From positions 20,872 through 60,871 of the forward strand of contig NZ_AOIU01000031.1 of NCBI RefSeq assembly GCF_000337455.1: a DNA stretch of 40,000 nt, written 5' to 3'. The notes beneath the pieces were generated by a model that was not told where the DNA came from, did no database searches, and was given only the letters and a program-made list of their open reading frames with translations. Shown here in pieces: positions 1-11,033 of this stretch (its first letter is position 1; every line of letters starts with the position of its first letter). This DNA is from Halosimplex carlsbadense 2-9-1. GTDB taxonomy: Archaea; Halobacteriota; Halobacteria; Halobacteriales; Haloarculaceae. Made by a program: the position numbers and the translations under genes.

Positions 1-597
1 AGCGTCGTCGTCTCCGCGCTCCTCCACCGCGCCGTCTTCGGCTACCCGCTGCTCGGCCGACTCGACACCGACCTGCTCGACATGTCGCCGTACCGCGACG
101 GCGACCGGCGGATGGCCGCCGACGGCGACGGCGCGCGGTCGCTGGCCGGCCGGTACGTCGTCGAACCGTGGCTCCCCTACCAGTCCGAGTGGCTGTCCGT
201 CGGCGTCCTGGGACTCGTCGTCGGCGTCTTGGGCGGGTTCATTGCCGTCGCGACCGGGAGTTACTTCCTCGCGTTCGGCATCGCGGCCACGGGACTGTGC
301 TTCCTGACGGCCGGCGTCGAGCGGTTCCCCGTCACCCACCACATGGCGCTGCCCGCCGGCATCGCCGCGCTCGCGCTCCCGAACGCGGACCCGACCGTCG
401 CGGTCCTCGTCGGCGGCGCTTTCGGCGTCCTCGCCGGGGTGGTCGGCGAACTCGCCCAGCGCGTCCTGTACGCCCACGCCGACACGCACCTCGACCCTCC
501 ATCGGTGGCCATCGTCGTCACCACCCTGCTCGTCGCGCTGTTGGACCTCGCGGGCGTGTTCCAGCAGACCGCCGTGCCGACCGTGGGACTCGCTTGA
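1..597 (+). CDS. integral membrane protein, 5' end cut by window edge
   Basis: Frame 1 is open from base 1 (SVVVSALLHRAVFGYPLLG...) into tracked ORF 82..597. Third positions are strongly G/C. Several hydrophobic helices are present (VGVLGLVVGVLGGFIAVATG, AFGIAATGLCFLTAG, VAIVVTTLLVALLDLAG). No family recognised. Confidence 0.6.
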   Translation, partial: SVVVSALLHRAVFGYPLLGRLDTDLLDMSPYRDGDRRMAADGDGARSLAGRYVVEPWLPYQSEWLSVGVLGLVVGVLGGFIAVATGSYFLAFGIAATGLCFLTAGVERFPVTHHMALPAGIAALALPNADPTVAVLVGGAFGVLAGVVGELAQRVLYAHADTHLDPPSVAIVVTTLLVALLDLAGVFQQTAVPTVGLA

Positions 598-650
598 GGA
601 CCTGCCTCGGGTCCGGCGATCGACGGGAGAGAGATACGTGTATTCACAGC

Positions 651-660
651 GTTTTTATAC
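651..660 (+). promoter_or_regulatory. TATA-like box for the 683 gene (leaderless layout)
   Basis: gtttttatac is centred about 27 nt upstream of ATG 683. The same spacing recurs at many genes in this window. Confidence 0.45.
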
Positions 661-682
661 CGACCTCGGCATATTACGATAG

Positions 683-1273
683 ATGCAGCAGTGGCTGGGC
701 GGCGACGCTGTCGGGGGAGTACTGGCGGTCGGGGCCGGGGCAGCGCGAGCCACCGGCGCGCGCGAGTGGCTCTCCGCCGCGGCCGTCACCGACCCGTCGG
801 TCAGTGTTCTGCAGTCCGCGAGTGCAGGCGACGTCGGCGGGATGATGGTCGCCGCCGTGGTTCTCGTCGTTCTCGGCCTCGGCGGCGTCGCCGCCTGGCA
901 CTCCGGGCTCCCGTCGCTCGGATCGACCGGCGACGCTTCGGCGGGCGGATCGGCGACCGAACCGGACAGCCCGGCGACGGCCGAGAGCCCGGCCGAACCG
1001 GATCCGGCCGCCGAGCCGAAATCCGAACCCGACGAGCCCGCCGGCAGGACCGACCGGGAGCTTATCCTCGATATCCTCGAGTCGAACGAGGGCCGGATGA
1101 AACAGGCCCGGATCGTCGACGAGACCGGCTGGTCGAAGTCCAAAGTCAGTATGCTCCTCTCCGAGATGGAGGACGAAGAGGCGATCAGCAAGCTCCGGGT
1201 CGGCCGCGAGAACATCATCAGCCTCAGCGGTAACGAGCCGGAAGCGGCTGGCTCACCGTTCGACGACGAGTGA
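683..1273 (+). CDS. membrane-anchored winged-helix DNA-binding protein
   Basis: ORF 683..1273. It has one hydrophobic helix (MMVAAVVLVVLGLGGVAAW), an Ala/Pro/Glu-rich linker, then a wHTH-like segment (ILDILESNEGRMKQARIVDETGWSKSKVSMLLSEMEDEEAISKLRVGRENII). Confidence 0.7.
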   Translation: MQQWLGGDAVGGVLAVGAGAARATGAREWLSAAAVTDPSVSVLQSASAGDVGGMMVAAVVLVVLGLGGVAAWHSGLPSLGSTGDASAGGSATEPDSPATAESPAEPDPAAEPKSEPDEPAGRTDRELILDILESNEGRMKQARIVDETGWSKSKVSMLLSEMEDEEAISKLRVGRENIISLSGNEPEAAGSPFDDE

Positions 1274-1361
1274 GTGTGCGACGGCGTACCGATACGGGCG
1301 CGAAGCGCAACCGTTAAACCCGTATCCTCGCTACGATTTGGTACGCACAGAGGGCGTGTGC

Positions 1362-1436
1362 GCTCCGTTGGTGTAGTCCGGCCAATCATCTTGCCCTCTC
1401 ACGGCAAGGACCAGGGTTCGAATCCCTGACGGAGCA
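1362..1436 (+). tRNA. tRNA-Glu (anticodon CUC)
   Basis: Manual cloverleaf. Acceptor gctccgt/acggagc, D region gtgtagtccggccaatcat, anticodon stem ttgcc/ggcaa with loop ctCTCac, T arm caggg-ttcgaat-ccctg, discriminator A. It is 75 nt with no encoded CCA. Confidence 0.93.
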
Positions 1437-1452
1437 TCCTTCGACATTCGAA

Positions 1453-1493
1453 CCGGCGAGCGACAGCCGGGCCCCGGTCGAGTCGCTCGCCGG
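1453..1493 (+). other. strong hairpin directly 3' of tRNA-Glu
   Basis: Perfect 12-bp inverted repeat ccggcgagcgac (1453-1464) / gtcgctcgccgg (1482-1493), with an inner ccggg/cccgg pairing. It starts 17 nt after the tRNA 3' end and lies upstream of the maeB promoter. Confidence 0.55.
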
Positions 1494-1510
1494 AATTGCG
1501 TGCATCACAT

Positions 1511-1520
1511 AGCTTTACTG
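1511..1520 (+). promoter_or_regulatory. TATA-like box for malic enzyme gene
   Basis: agctttactg is centred about 27 nt upstream of ATG 1542. Confidence 0.45.
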
Positions 1521-1541
1521 ACTCAGTCGGGTAGAAGGCGT

Positions 1542-3797
<2,256 letters not shown>

Positions 3798-3886
3798 CGT
3801 CCGCCGAGCGGAGTCGAGTGCGGTGAGACCCGGCGGGACCGTCGTCGACTCGAACGTTTATTGACGCGCTGTCCGACGGTCAGGTC

Positions 3887-4777
3887 ATGCCCATGGTCGG
3901 AGTCATCGGCGTCGGGTACATCGGGAAGACGTTTCTCGACCGGCTGGCCGACACCGAGTACGACACGGTCGCCTACGACGTGGACGAATCGCAGGTCGAA
4001 GCCGCGACCGAGCGCGGTGCGACCGCCGCCGAGAGCCCCGCGGACGCGACGCGTCGCTCGGAGTTCGTCGTTCTGGCCCTCCCTGGAACCCCGGAAGTCG
4101 AAGCCGTGATGGAAGCCGACGACGGCGTCCTCGGCGCGCTGTCGGCGGGCCAGACGGTCGTCGACGCGACGACGACCCACCCGGAGACCTCCCGCGACTG
4201 CGAGCGATGGTGCGAGCAACGGGGCGCCGCGTTCGTCGAGGCGCCGATCACCCGTGCTGCGCCCCGTGACGGCGCGCACATGATGGTCGGCGGGACCGAC
4301 GAGGCTTACGAGTCCGCTCGGAAGCTGATCGAGGTGCTGAGCGACGACCACCTCCACGTCGGCCCGGCCGGGAAGGCCACGATACTCAAACTCGCCCTGC
4401 AGATGCGCTACGCGGGTCGAACCGCCCTGGACTCCGAGATCGTCGAGTTCACGCGGGACAACGGCGTCGACCCCGCCCACCTGCGCGAGTTCTTCGGGAT
4501 GAACGTGTCCGAGCGGCTCCTCGACAGGGAGTTCGCCCAGGGCATCGAGGGACTCGGCGGCCTCGCGATCTGGCACAAGGACATCGGGTACGCCCGCGAG
4601 GTGGCCCGGGAGACCGGGACCGCACTCCCGATCAACGGGGCGGTCCACGAAGCCTACAAGACGACCGTCCGACGCGCAGGTCCCGACGAGGGCCACGCGG
4701 CGACGGTCCTGCGGTACTGGGAGCTACTCAACGACGCCGGCGAGCGGGCGTTCCAGCCCGCGGACGACGGCGGGTGA
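3887..4777 (+). CDS. NAD(P)-dependent oxidoreductase, beta-hydroxyacid (3-hydroxyisobutyrate/6-phosphogluconate-like) dehydrogenase family
   Basis: ORF 3887..4777. N-terminal Rossmann motif MVGVIGVGYIGKTF. Length and layout are typical of the family. TATA-like cgtttattga lies about 27 nt upstream. Confidence 0.8.
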   Translation: MPMVGVIGVGYIGKTFLDRLADTEYDTVAYDVDESQVEAATERGATAAESPADATRRSEFVVLALPGTPEVEAVMEADDGVLGALSAGQTVVDATTTHPETSRDCERWCEQRGAAFVEAPITRAAPRDGAHMMVGGTDEAYESARKLIEVLSDDHLHVGPAGKATILKLALQMRYAGRTALDSEIVEFTRDNGVDPAHLREFFGMNVSERLLDREFAQGIEGLGGLAIWHKDIGYAREVARETGTALPINGAVHEAYKTTVRRAGPDEGHAATVLRYWELLNDAGERAFQPADDGG

Positions 4778-4833
4778 TGGCCTCGCCCCAACCCTGGCCG
4801 CTCGGGCTGTCCGCGAGTCGGCGGCTGCCGGTC

Positions 4834-4841
4834 GATTTTTC
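4834..4841 (+). promoter_or_regulatory. TATA-like box retained upstream of the dehydrogenase pseudogene
   Basis: gatttttc is centred about 28 nt upstream of ATG 4866. Confidence 0.35.
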
Positions 4842-4865
4842 TTCCTGGGTGGCGCCATCGGTGGC

Positions 4866-5137
4866 ATGCGCATCCTCGTCGCGTTCGCTCCCGGCGACCT
4901 CCGCGAGTCGTTCTTCCCGTCCGCCCACCGGGCCCGGCTCGAATCGCTCGGAACCGTCGAGTGGCCGACGCGCCGCTCTCGGAAGCAGACCTCGTCGACC
5001 GCGTCGGCGACGTCGACGCGCTGGTGACCGGCTGGGAGAGTCCGCGGGTCACCGCCGACGCCGTCGAGCGCTGGACGGACGGGGAGTCGCTCGACCGTCG
5101 CATCCCTCGCGAGCAGTGGGCGACGATGACCCGGTGA
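4866..5137 (+). pseudogene. frameshifted, 3'-truncated remnant of a D-isomer 2-hydroxyacid dehydrogenase-like gene
   Basis: My own translation. ATG 4866 gives MRILVAFAPGDLRESFFPSAHRARLESLGTVEW, then the frame degenerates and stops at 5031-5033. Shifting frame near 4965 restores DAPLSEADLVDRVGDVDALVTGWESPRVTADAVERW, then unrelated residues to TGA 5135-5137. Together these resemble the N-terminal ~90 aa of hydroxyacid dehydrogenases. The NAD-binding and catalytic parts are absent. Confidence 0.5.
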
Positions 5138-5165
5138 GTCGCGGCGACGAGCGCGGTGGCCGGTT

Positions 5166-6002
5166 TCAGACCGAGACGCCGACCTCGTCGGCCACGCTCC
5201 GGACGTGGTCGGCCGCCCGGTCGTACGCTTGGGCGCTGTCGAGGTGTTCCAGCATGACCGGGAGGTCGTCGTCGAGGCCGTCGAGCGCTTCGAGGAGCGC
5301 TCGGTAGTCGAGGTCCCCCTCGCCGGGCGCCACCTCCGAGAGGTGGACGAGCGGGTCGTCGCCCATCGCTACGTCCTTCAGGTGGACACACTGGATCAGG
5401 TCGCCGAACGCCTCGACGAACCGCTCGATCAGGGCCGCGGTGTCGGCGTACCTGCGGGGAGAGGCGACGAGGTTCACCGGGTCGAAGTGGACGGCGAAGG
5501 CGTCGCGGTCGACCGCGTCCAGCAGGCGGCGGTAGCTCTCGACGGAGTCCGGTACCATCGCGGGCATCGCTTCGAGGGTGTAGCTCGCGGAGTCTGGATC
5601 CGCGCGGTCGATTATCTCGCTGACGGAGTCGACGACCAGATCGAAGGTGGCCGCGTCGAAGTTGTCGGGGTGTGGCCCGGCCCACGAGTCCCCGCGGGAG
5701 CCGGCGACGTTGACCGCGCAGTTGGCGCCCACGGCGTCGGCGAGTTCGAGGTGGCGAGCGCAGTGGGCGATCGCCGCCTCGCGCTCGTCCGGGTCTGGGC
5801 CGACCGGATTCACGCCCCAGGCGCCGACCTCGGCGATGGTCACGTCCGCGTCGGCGGCCGCCTCGCGGTAGGCGCGGACGGTCTCCGGGTCGGCGTCCGG
5901 GTCGACGGGGCAGTACGCCGCCCCGTAGCCCAGGTCGTCCAGCGCCGCGATCCACTCCGCCGGGCCGTCGTAGTCCGCGAAGACCGGGCCTCCGAGTCGC
6001 AT
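5166..6002 (-). CDS. sugar phosphate isomerase/epimerase (xylose isomerase-like TIM barrel)
   Basis: ORF 5166..6029 (-). MRLGGPVFADYDGPAEWIAALDDLGYGAAYCP..., with IQCVHLKD and PVMLEHLD metal-site-like motifs. ATG at 6002 is preferred over the upstream TTG at 6029. Confidence 0.8.
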   Translation of the reverse strand: MRLGGPVFADYDGPAEWIAALDDLGYGAAYCPVDPDADPETVRAYREAAADADVTIAEVGAWGVNPVGPDPDEREAAIAHCARHLELADAVGANCAVNVAGSRGDSWAGPHPDNFDAATFDLVVDSVSEIIDRADPDSASYTLEAMPAMVPDSVESYRRLLDAVDRDAFAVHFDPVNLVASPRRYADTAALIERFVEAFGDLIQCVHLKDVAMGDDPLVHLSEVAPGEGDLDYRALLEALDGLDDDLPVMLEHLDSAQAYDRAADHVRSVADEVGVSV

Positions 6003-6170
6003 GCGACGGAGTACCGCGACGATCCTCAAACCCCTACCGGAGCGGGAAGCCTCCGCCGGTTGTCCCGTCCGCAGTCCCGAACGCCGTTCGGTTCGCCGGG
6101 TGGGTCCGGACCAGAAGGGGCGAACATGTTCGGGAACACTGATAGTCCTCGCGCCGCGTAAGGGTCACAC

Positions 6171-6833
6171 ATGCCGCGGGCCAACCTGGAGATCACCGTG
6201 CCGGACTCGGTGTGGATCGGCGAGTTGTCGCGCGAGTACCCGGACGCACAGTTCGAGATCCTGACGGTCTTCCCGAAGGAGGAGGGGGGCGTCGCGCTGG
6301 CGGAGATCGCCGCCGAGGCCGTCAAGGAGGTCGTGCTGGCGATGGACGACTACGAGGCTGTGACGAACACGGACTTCCTCCAGCGGACGGCTGAGACGGC
6401 GCTGGTACAGTTCGAGACCTCCAACCCGGTCCTCCTGCTACCGGTTCGCAACGCCGGGACGCCGCTGGAACTCCCCTTCTCAGTCGTCGACGGCAGCGTC
6501 GAGTGGGAGGTCACGGCGCCGCGGGACCGGCTCTCCACGCTGGGCGACCAGCTCCGGCAGTTCGGCATCGAGTTCGAGGTCATGGCCGTCCGCCAGGAGA
6601 TGGAGACCGAGCAGCTGCTCACGCCCAAACAGCTTCGACTCGTCCAGACCGCGGTGGAGGAGGGATACTACGACACGCCGCGGGAGTGTACGCTCACCGA
6701 GTTGGCCGAGGAGTCCGACATCGCCAAGTCGACCTGCAGCGAGACGCTCCACCGCGCCGAGGAGAAGATCGTCAAGGAGTTCGTCGACGAGACCGACCCG
6801 GTCGACGAGCGCACGCCCGCGATGCGCGCTTGA
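6171..6833 (+). CDS. Bat-type HTH_10 transcriptional regulator
   Basis: ORF 6171..6833. The C-terminal LTPKQLRLVQTAVEEGYYDTPRECTLTELAEESDIAKSTCSETLHRAEEKIV is the haloarchaeal bacterio-opsin-activator-type HTH. Confidence 0.8.
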   Translation: MPRANLEITVPDSVWIGELSREYPDAQFEILTVFPKEEGGVALAEIAAEAVKEVVLAMDDYEAVTNTDFLQRTAETALVQFETSNPVLLLPVRNAGTPLELPFSVVDGSVEWEVTAPRDRLSTLGDQLRQFGIEFEVMAVRQEMETEQLLTPKQLRLVQTAVEEGYYDTPRECTLTELAEESDIAKSTCSETLHRAEEKIVKEFVDETDPVDERTPAMRA

Positions 6834-6889
6834 CCGGACGGCCCGTGCGGCCGGACGCTTTAACGCGGTGTCCGCCGTAGCCACCGCGT

Positions 6890-8032
6890 ATGGTCTCCGA
6901 ACGCGCCCGGTCGGTGGACTCGTTTCTCGCCATGGACGTGCTCGAACGGGCAAACGAACGCGAGGACGTAGTCCACCTGGAGGTCGGGGAACCGGACTTC
7001 GACCCGCCCGAAGCGGTGTTCGACGCGGCCGTCGACTCGCTGCGCGGCGGCAATACCGGCTACACGGTCGCCCGCGGCAAGCCCGAGCTTCGGCGAGCGA
7101 TCGCCGCCCGCTACGACCGCGACTACGGCGTCGCCGTCGACCCCGACCGGATCGTCGTCACGCCCGGCTCCTCGCCGGGGCTGTTGCTCGCGCTCGCGAC
7201 GCTGGTCGACCCCGGCGACGAGGTCGTGCTCACCGACCCCCACTACGCCTCCTACCCGAAGTTCGTCCGCTTCCTGAACGGCGTCGTCCGCACGGTCCCG
7301 CTCCGCGCGAGCGAAGGGTTCCGGCCGCGAGCCGCCGAGTACGACCGGACCGTGGGTCCCGACACGAGCGCCCTGGTAGTCAACTCCCCCGCCAACCCGA
7401 CCGGGGCCGTCCTCGACGGGGAGACGCTCGGTGCCGTCGCGTCGGTCGCGGACGCCGCCGACGCGACGGTGGTGTCCGACGAGATCTACCACGGCCTCTC
7501 CTACGGCGCCGCCGAACGCACGATGCTGGAGTTCACCGACGAGGCGTTCGTGCTGGACGGCTTCTCGAAGCGCTACGGGATGACGGGCTGGCGGCTCGGC
7601 TGGGTCGTCGCCCCGCCGGGGTACGCCGAGGCCGTCAACCGGCTCGCCCAGCACGTCCTCATCTCCGCCCCGAACTTCGTGCAGGACGCGGGTGTGGCCG
7701 CCCTGGCGACCGACGAGTCGTGGCTCGCCGACGTGCGCGACACCTACCGGCGCCGCCGCGACCGGTTGCTCGACGCGGTCGCCGACTGGGGGCTCGACCC
7801 CGACTACGCGCCCGAGGGAGCGTACTACGTCCTCGCGGACGTGAGCGGCCTCCCGGGGTCGAGCGTCGACGTGGCGGACCTGTTTCTGGAGGAGGCCGGC
7901 GTCGCCGTCACGCCCGGCGCCGACTTCGGCGAACGGGCGAGCGACTACGTCCGGCTCTCCTACGCCACCGACGAGGCCGCTATCGACGAAGCGGCGACGC
8001 GGATCGACCGGCTGCTCGACCGGCTCGGGTGA
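6890..8032 (+). CDS. pyridoxal-phosphate-dependent aminotransferase (class I, aspartate aminotransferase-like)
   Basis: ORF 6890..8032. Motifs VVHLEVGEPDFDPP, NSPANPTG and the PLP-lysine motif FSKRYGMTGWRLGW. TATA-like gctttaacg lies about 28 nt upstream. Confidence 0.9.
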   Translation: MVSERARSVDSFLAMDVLERANEREDVVHLEVGEPDFDPPEAVFDAAVDSLRGGNTGYTVARGKPELRRAIAARYDRDYGVAVDPDRIVVTPGSSPGLLLALATLVDPGDEVVLTDPHYASYPKFVRFLNGVVRTVPLRASEGFRPRAAEYDRTVGPDTSALVVNSPANPTGAVLDGETLGAVASVADAADATVVSDEIYHGLSYGAAERTMLEFTDEAFVLDGFSKRYGMTGWRLGWVVAPPGYAEAVNRLAQHVLISAPNFVQDAGVAALATDESWLADVRDTYRRRRDRLLDAVADWGLDPDYAPEGAYYVLADVSGLPGSSVDVADLFLEEAGVAVTPGADFGERASDYVRLSYATDEAAIDEAATRIDRLLDRLG

Positions 8033-8099
8033 GGAGTGACGTATCAGTGGTCTGTAGAGTATTGAGAAGATTTAAGTCTCGACTCGGGCACCGAACGGT

Positions 8100-8981
8100 A
8101 TGGTCGATCGGAAGGTGGTCGTCGCGGGCGCCATCGCCGTTGTCGCGGTGCTCGTCATCGGGGGGATCGCGGGTGCGATGGTCCTCGGCGGTGGCGGCGG
8201 TGGCGACACGCCGACCCCAGACGACGCCGAGGACGCAGACGACGGCAGTGACGGTGGATCCGCTGACACGCCGACGCCGAGCGCGACGACTGCCGGGAAC
8301 GGGACTGCGACGAACGCAACCGCGAACGGGACGGCGACGGCGTTCCCGACGCTGACGCCCACGTCGGTCGCGACACCGACTGTGACCGCCACGGGAACGC
8401 CGACGGTCACGCCGACGCCGACGGCGGTCCCGACGCGGACGCCGATCCTGCCTCGCAAGTTCGAGGAGCGGCGAGTCGAACTCGAACTCCGTCGGATGAT
8501 AAACGACTGGCGGCGAGCCAACGAACAGGACCCCTACACGAACGACAACGGCACGCTCGTCAAGCGGATCAACGAGATGTCGCTGAACCACAGCGTCGCG
8601 ATGGCCGAGCGCGGGGAACTCGTCTACGAGACGCACGGGCTCTCGGTGCCCCAGCGTTACGAGGCGTTCGAGCTCAAGGAGACCTGCACGTTCAAGCGGC
8701 AGGGCAAACAGTTCATCGTCTCGCCGAACAACTACCAGTTCCAGGTGATCGCCCAGAGCTACGTCGGGCGCAACTACCAGGAGGACGGCGAGACGGTCTA
8801 CCACGAGAACGAGACCGCGGTCGCGCGCGACATCTTCGAGGACTGGACGGAGAACCCGGTGTACGCCGACGTGCTGGAGTATCCGAACGCCAACCGGCTC
8901 GGGATCGGCATCGAGATCACCGAGGACAACGAAGTGTGGGCGACCGGGAACATCTGCGGCTCCGGCGACAACTCGGACTGA
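8100..8981 (+). CDS. secreted/membrane-anchored CAP (SCP/PR1-like) domain protein with Thr/Pro-rich glycosylation linker
   Basis: ORF 8100..8981. N-terminal TM/signal helix (VVVAGAIAVVAVLVIGGIAGAMVL). T/P-rich linker with NGT/NAT/NGT sequons. The C-terminal domain has INEMSLNHSVAMAERGELVYETHG, typical of CAP domains. Confidence 0.7.
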   Translation: MVDRKVVVAGAIAVVAVLVIGGIAGAMVLGGGGGGDTPTPDDAEDADDGSDGGSADTPTPSATTAGNGTATNATANGTATAFPTLTPTSVATPTVTATGTPTVTPTPTAVPTRTPILPRKFEERRVELELRRMINDWRRANEQDPYTNDNGTLVKRINEMSLNHSVAMAERGELVYETHGLSVPQRYEAFELKETCTFKRQGKQFIVSPNNYQFQVIAQSYVGRNYQEDGETVYHENETAVARDIFEDWTENPVYADVLEYPNANRLGIGIEITEDNEVWATGNICGSGDNSD

Positions 8982-9085
8982 CCGGGACCGTCCCCGGTGA
9001 TCGGCCGACGGTTCGACGGACCGCGCCACCCCGCTCGCTTCCGCGACCGGAACGCCGATTATGCGGAGGCGTCCAACGGACGAGT

Positions 9086-10051
9086 ATGGTTCAGCTATCG
9101 CTCGTGGTACCCCGCCAGCCCGACGAACGCTGGCAGCTCGCCAAGCAGATGGGCGTCGAGCAGGCCGTCATCCACCCGCTGGAGGTCGGCGACGGCAAGA
9201 CACACTGGTCGTACGACGACCTGCTCGGGACGAAAAACTGGCTCGAAGACGCCGGTCTGGCGTTCGGCGTGCTGGAGGGGAGCGTCCCGATCAGCGACCG
9301 CATCCGACTCGGCCGGGAGGGCCGCGACGAGGACATCGCGGAGTTCAAACAGTTCCTCCGGGACTGCGGCGACCTGGGCATCCCCGTCGTCTGCTACGAC
9401 TGGATGGCCGGGGTCCGCTGGGCGCGCACCGAGGCCCACCTCGAATCACGGGGCGGGTCGCTCACGACGGGGTACGACAACGCGAAGATGGGCACCGGTC
9501 CCGGCGCCGAGGCCGCCGACGTGACCCGCGAGCAGGTGTGGGAGGCCATCGAGTACTTCCTGAACGAGGTCGTCCCCGTCGCCGAGGAGGCGGGGGTCAA
9601 GCTCGGGCTCCATCCCGACGACCCACCGCGCGAGTCGGTCGGCGATATCCCCCGCATCGCGAACAGCGTCGACAACTACGACCGAATACTCGACATCTAC
9701 GATTCGGAGTCCAACGGCGTCACGTTCTGCCAGGGCAACTTCGCCGCGATGGGCGTGGACATCCCCGGGACGATCCGGCACTTCGGCGAGAAGATCAACT
9801 TCGCGCACTTCCGCGACGTCGAGGGCGACGCCGACCGCTTCGTCGAGACCTGGCACGACGACGGGCCGACCGACATGCAGGCGGCGATGGACGCGTTCGT
9901 CGACGCCGGCTTCGACGGCCCGATGCGCCCCGACCACGTCCCCACGATGGCCGGCGAGGACAACTCCAACCCCGGCTACCACACCAAGGGCCGGCTGTTC
10001 GCCGTCGGCTACATGCGCGGCCTGCTCGAATCGGCCGAGGGGGGTGCGTGA
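9086..10051 (+). CDS. uxuA: mannonate dehydratase
   Basis: Inside ORF 8936..10051. MVQLSLVVPRQPDERWQLAKQMGVEQAVIHP...CYDWMAGVRWARTE...FCQGNFAAMG...HFRDV matches the UxuA family. ATG 9086 has TATA-like cgattatgc about 27 nt upstream. The upstream extension is Arg-rich and implausible. Confidence 0.85.
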   Translation: MVQLSLVVPRQPDERWQLAKQMGVEQAVIHPLEVGDGKTHWSYDDLLGTKNWLEDAGLAFGVLEGSVPISDRIRLGREGRDEDIAEFKQFLRDCGDLGIPVVCYDWMAGVRWARTEAHLESRGGSLTTGYDNAKMGTGPGAEAADVTREQVWEAIEYFLNEVVPVAEEAGVKLGLHPDDPPRESVGDIPRIANSVDNYDRILDIYDSESNGVTFCQGNFAAMGVDIPGTIRHFGEKINFAHFRDVEGDADRFVETWHDDGPTDMQAAMDAFVDAGFDGPMRPDHVPTMAGEDNSNPGYHTKGRLFAVGYMRGLLESAEGGA

Positions 10052-10054
10052 ACC

Positions 10055-10966
10055 GTGGCGGACCCGACGGACCGACCCGAACCGCGCCGCGTCGCAGACA
10101 CGCACTGTCACACCGGCGAGGGACCGCTCTACCATCCCGACGAGGGGGTCGTCTACTTCCTCGATATCCCAGAGGCCGACCTCTACCGCTACGACCCCGC
10201 AGACGGGAGCCACGAGCGCGTCCTCGACGCCGAGGGCGCCGTCGGCGGGTTCACGATCCAGGACTCGGGCGACCTGCTGTTGTTTTGCGACGGGGGGCGG
10301 ATCCAACCCTGGAACCGGGACGATGGGCTCGGCGACCCGGTCGTCGAGTCGATCGACGGCGAGGGCAACTCGCGGTTCAACGACGTGATCGCCGACCCCC
10401 GCGGCCGCGTCTTCTGCGGGACGATGCCGACGCCCGACGGCGAGCCGGGCACCCTCTACCGGCTGGACACCGACGGTTCGCTGTCGGTCGCCGTCGAAGA
10501 CGCCCGGCTCTCGAACGGGCTGGGGTTCACCCCGGACCGCCGGCACGTCTACTTCACCGAGACCGAGGCCGGGCGGATCTCCCGCTATCGCTACGACCAG
10601 GCGACGGGCGACCTCTCCGACCGTGAGCCCTTCCTCGACGCGAGCGACCTGACGGGCCACCCGGACGGGATGACCGTCGACGCCGAGGGCCACGTCTGGG
10701 CGGCCTTCTGGGACGGCGGGCGGATCGCCAGCTACGACCCAGAGGGGACGGAACGCCAGCGAGTCGAGTTCCCGGCGAAGAAGGTGTCTGCGGTCACCTT
10801 CGGCGGCCCCGACTACGACACCGCGTACGTGACGACCGCGCTCGGTCCCGGCGAGGGCCCCGCGAGTACCCGCGAGGAGGAGGGCGACGGGGCGGGCGCG
10901 CTGTTCGCGGTCGATCTGGGCGTCGGTGGGGTCCCCGAGTTCCGGTCGCGGATCGAGACTCGGTGA
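10055..10966 (+). CDS. SMP-30/gluconolactonase/LRE family protein
   Basis: ORF 10055..10966 (GTG). Beta-propeller lactonase pattern (GEGPLYHPDEGVVYFLDI, RFNDVIADPRGRVFCGTM, SNGLGFTPDRRHVYFTET, PDGMTVDAEGHVWAAFWDGG). It starts 3 nt after the uxuA stop. Confidence 0.85.
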   Translation: MADPTDRPEPRRVADTHCHTGEGPLYHPDEGVVYFLDIPEADLYRYDPADGSHERVLDAEGAVGGFTIQDSGDLLLFCDGGRIQPWNRDDGLGDPVVESIDGEGNSRFNDVIADPRGRVFCGTMPTPDGEPGTLYRLDTDGSLSVAVEDARLSNGLGFTPDRRHVYFTETEAGRISRYRYDQATGDLSDREPFLDASDLTGHPDGMTVDAEGHVWAAFWDGGRIASYDPEGTERQRVEFPAKKVSAVTFGGPDYDTAYVTTALGPGEGPASTREEEGDGAGALFAVDLGVGGVPEFRSRIETR

Positions 10967-11033
10967 TCGGTTCCCGGCGGCCCACCCGCTGCCTACCGGA
11001 AAGCACTTGTCGCCTTCATGACACCCGCGGCAC

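Noticed and set aside
4654-5955. 433-aa ORF on the minus strand, and 5205..6161 on the plus strand
   Set aside because: Extreme Arg/Gly/Pro composition. They overlap well-supported genes (the dehydrogenase 3' end and the TIM-barrel isomerase) and have no motifs.
6868-8355. 495-aa plus-strand ORF overlapping the aminotransferase in another frame
   Set aside because: Arg-rich low-complexity translation. The aminotransferase frame carries PLP motifs and correct codon bias.
8936-9085. N-terminal extensions of tracked ORFs (for example 8936, 12346, 14770, 19014, 19652, 21107, 28731, 29634, 31267, 37474)
   Set aside because: The extensions are Arg/Pro-rich and overlap upstream genes or promoters. 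Internal ATGs match conserved protein N-termini and sit about 27 nt after TATA-like boxes.
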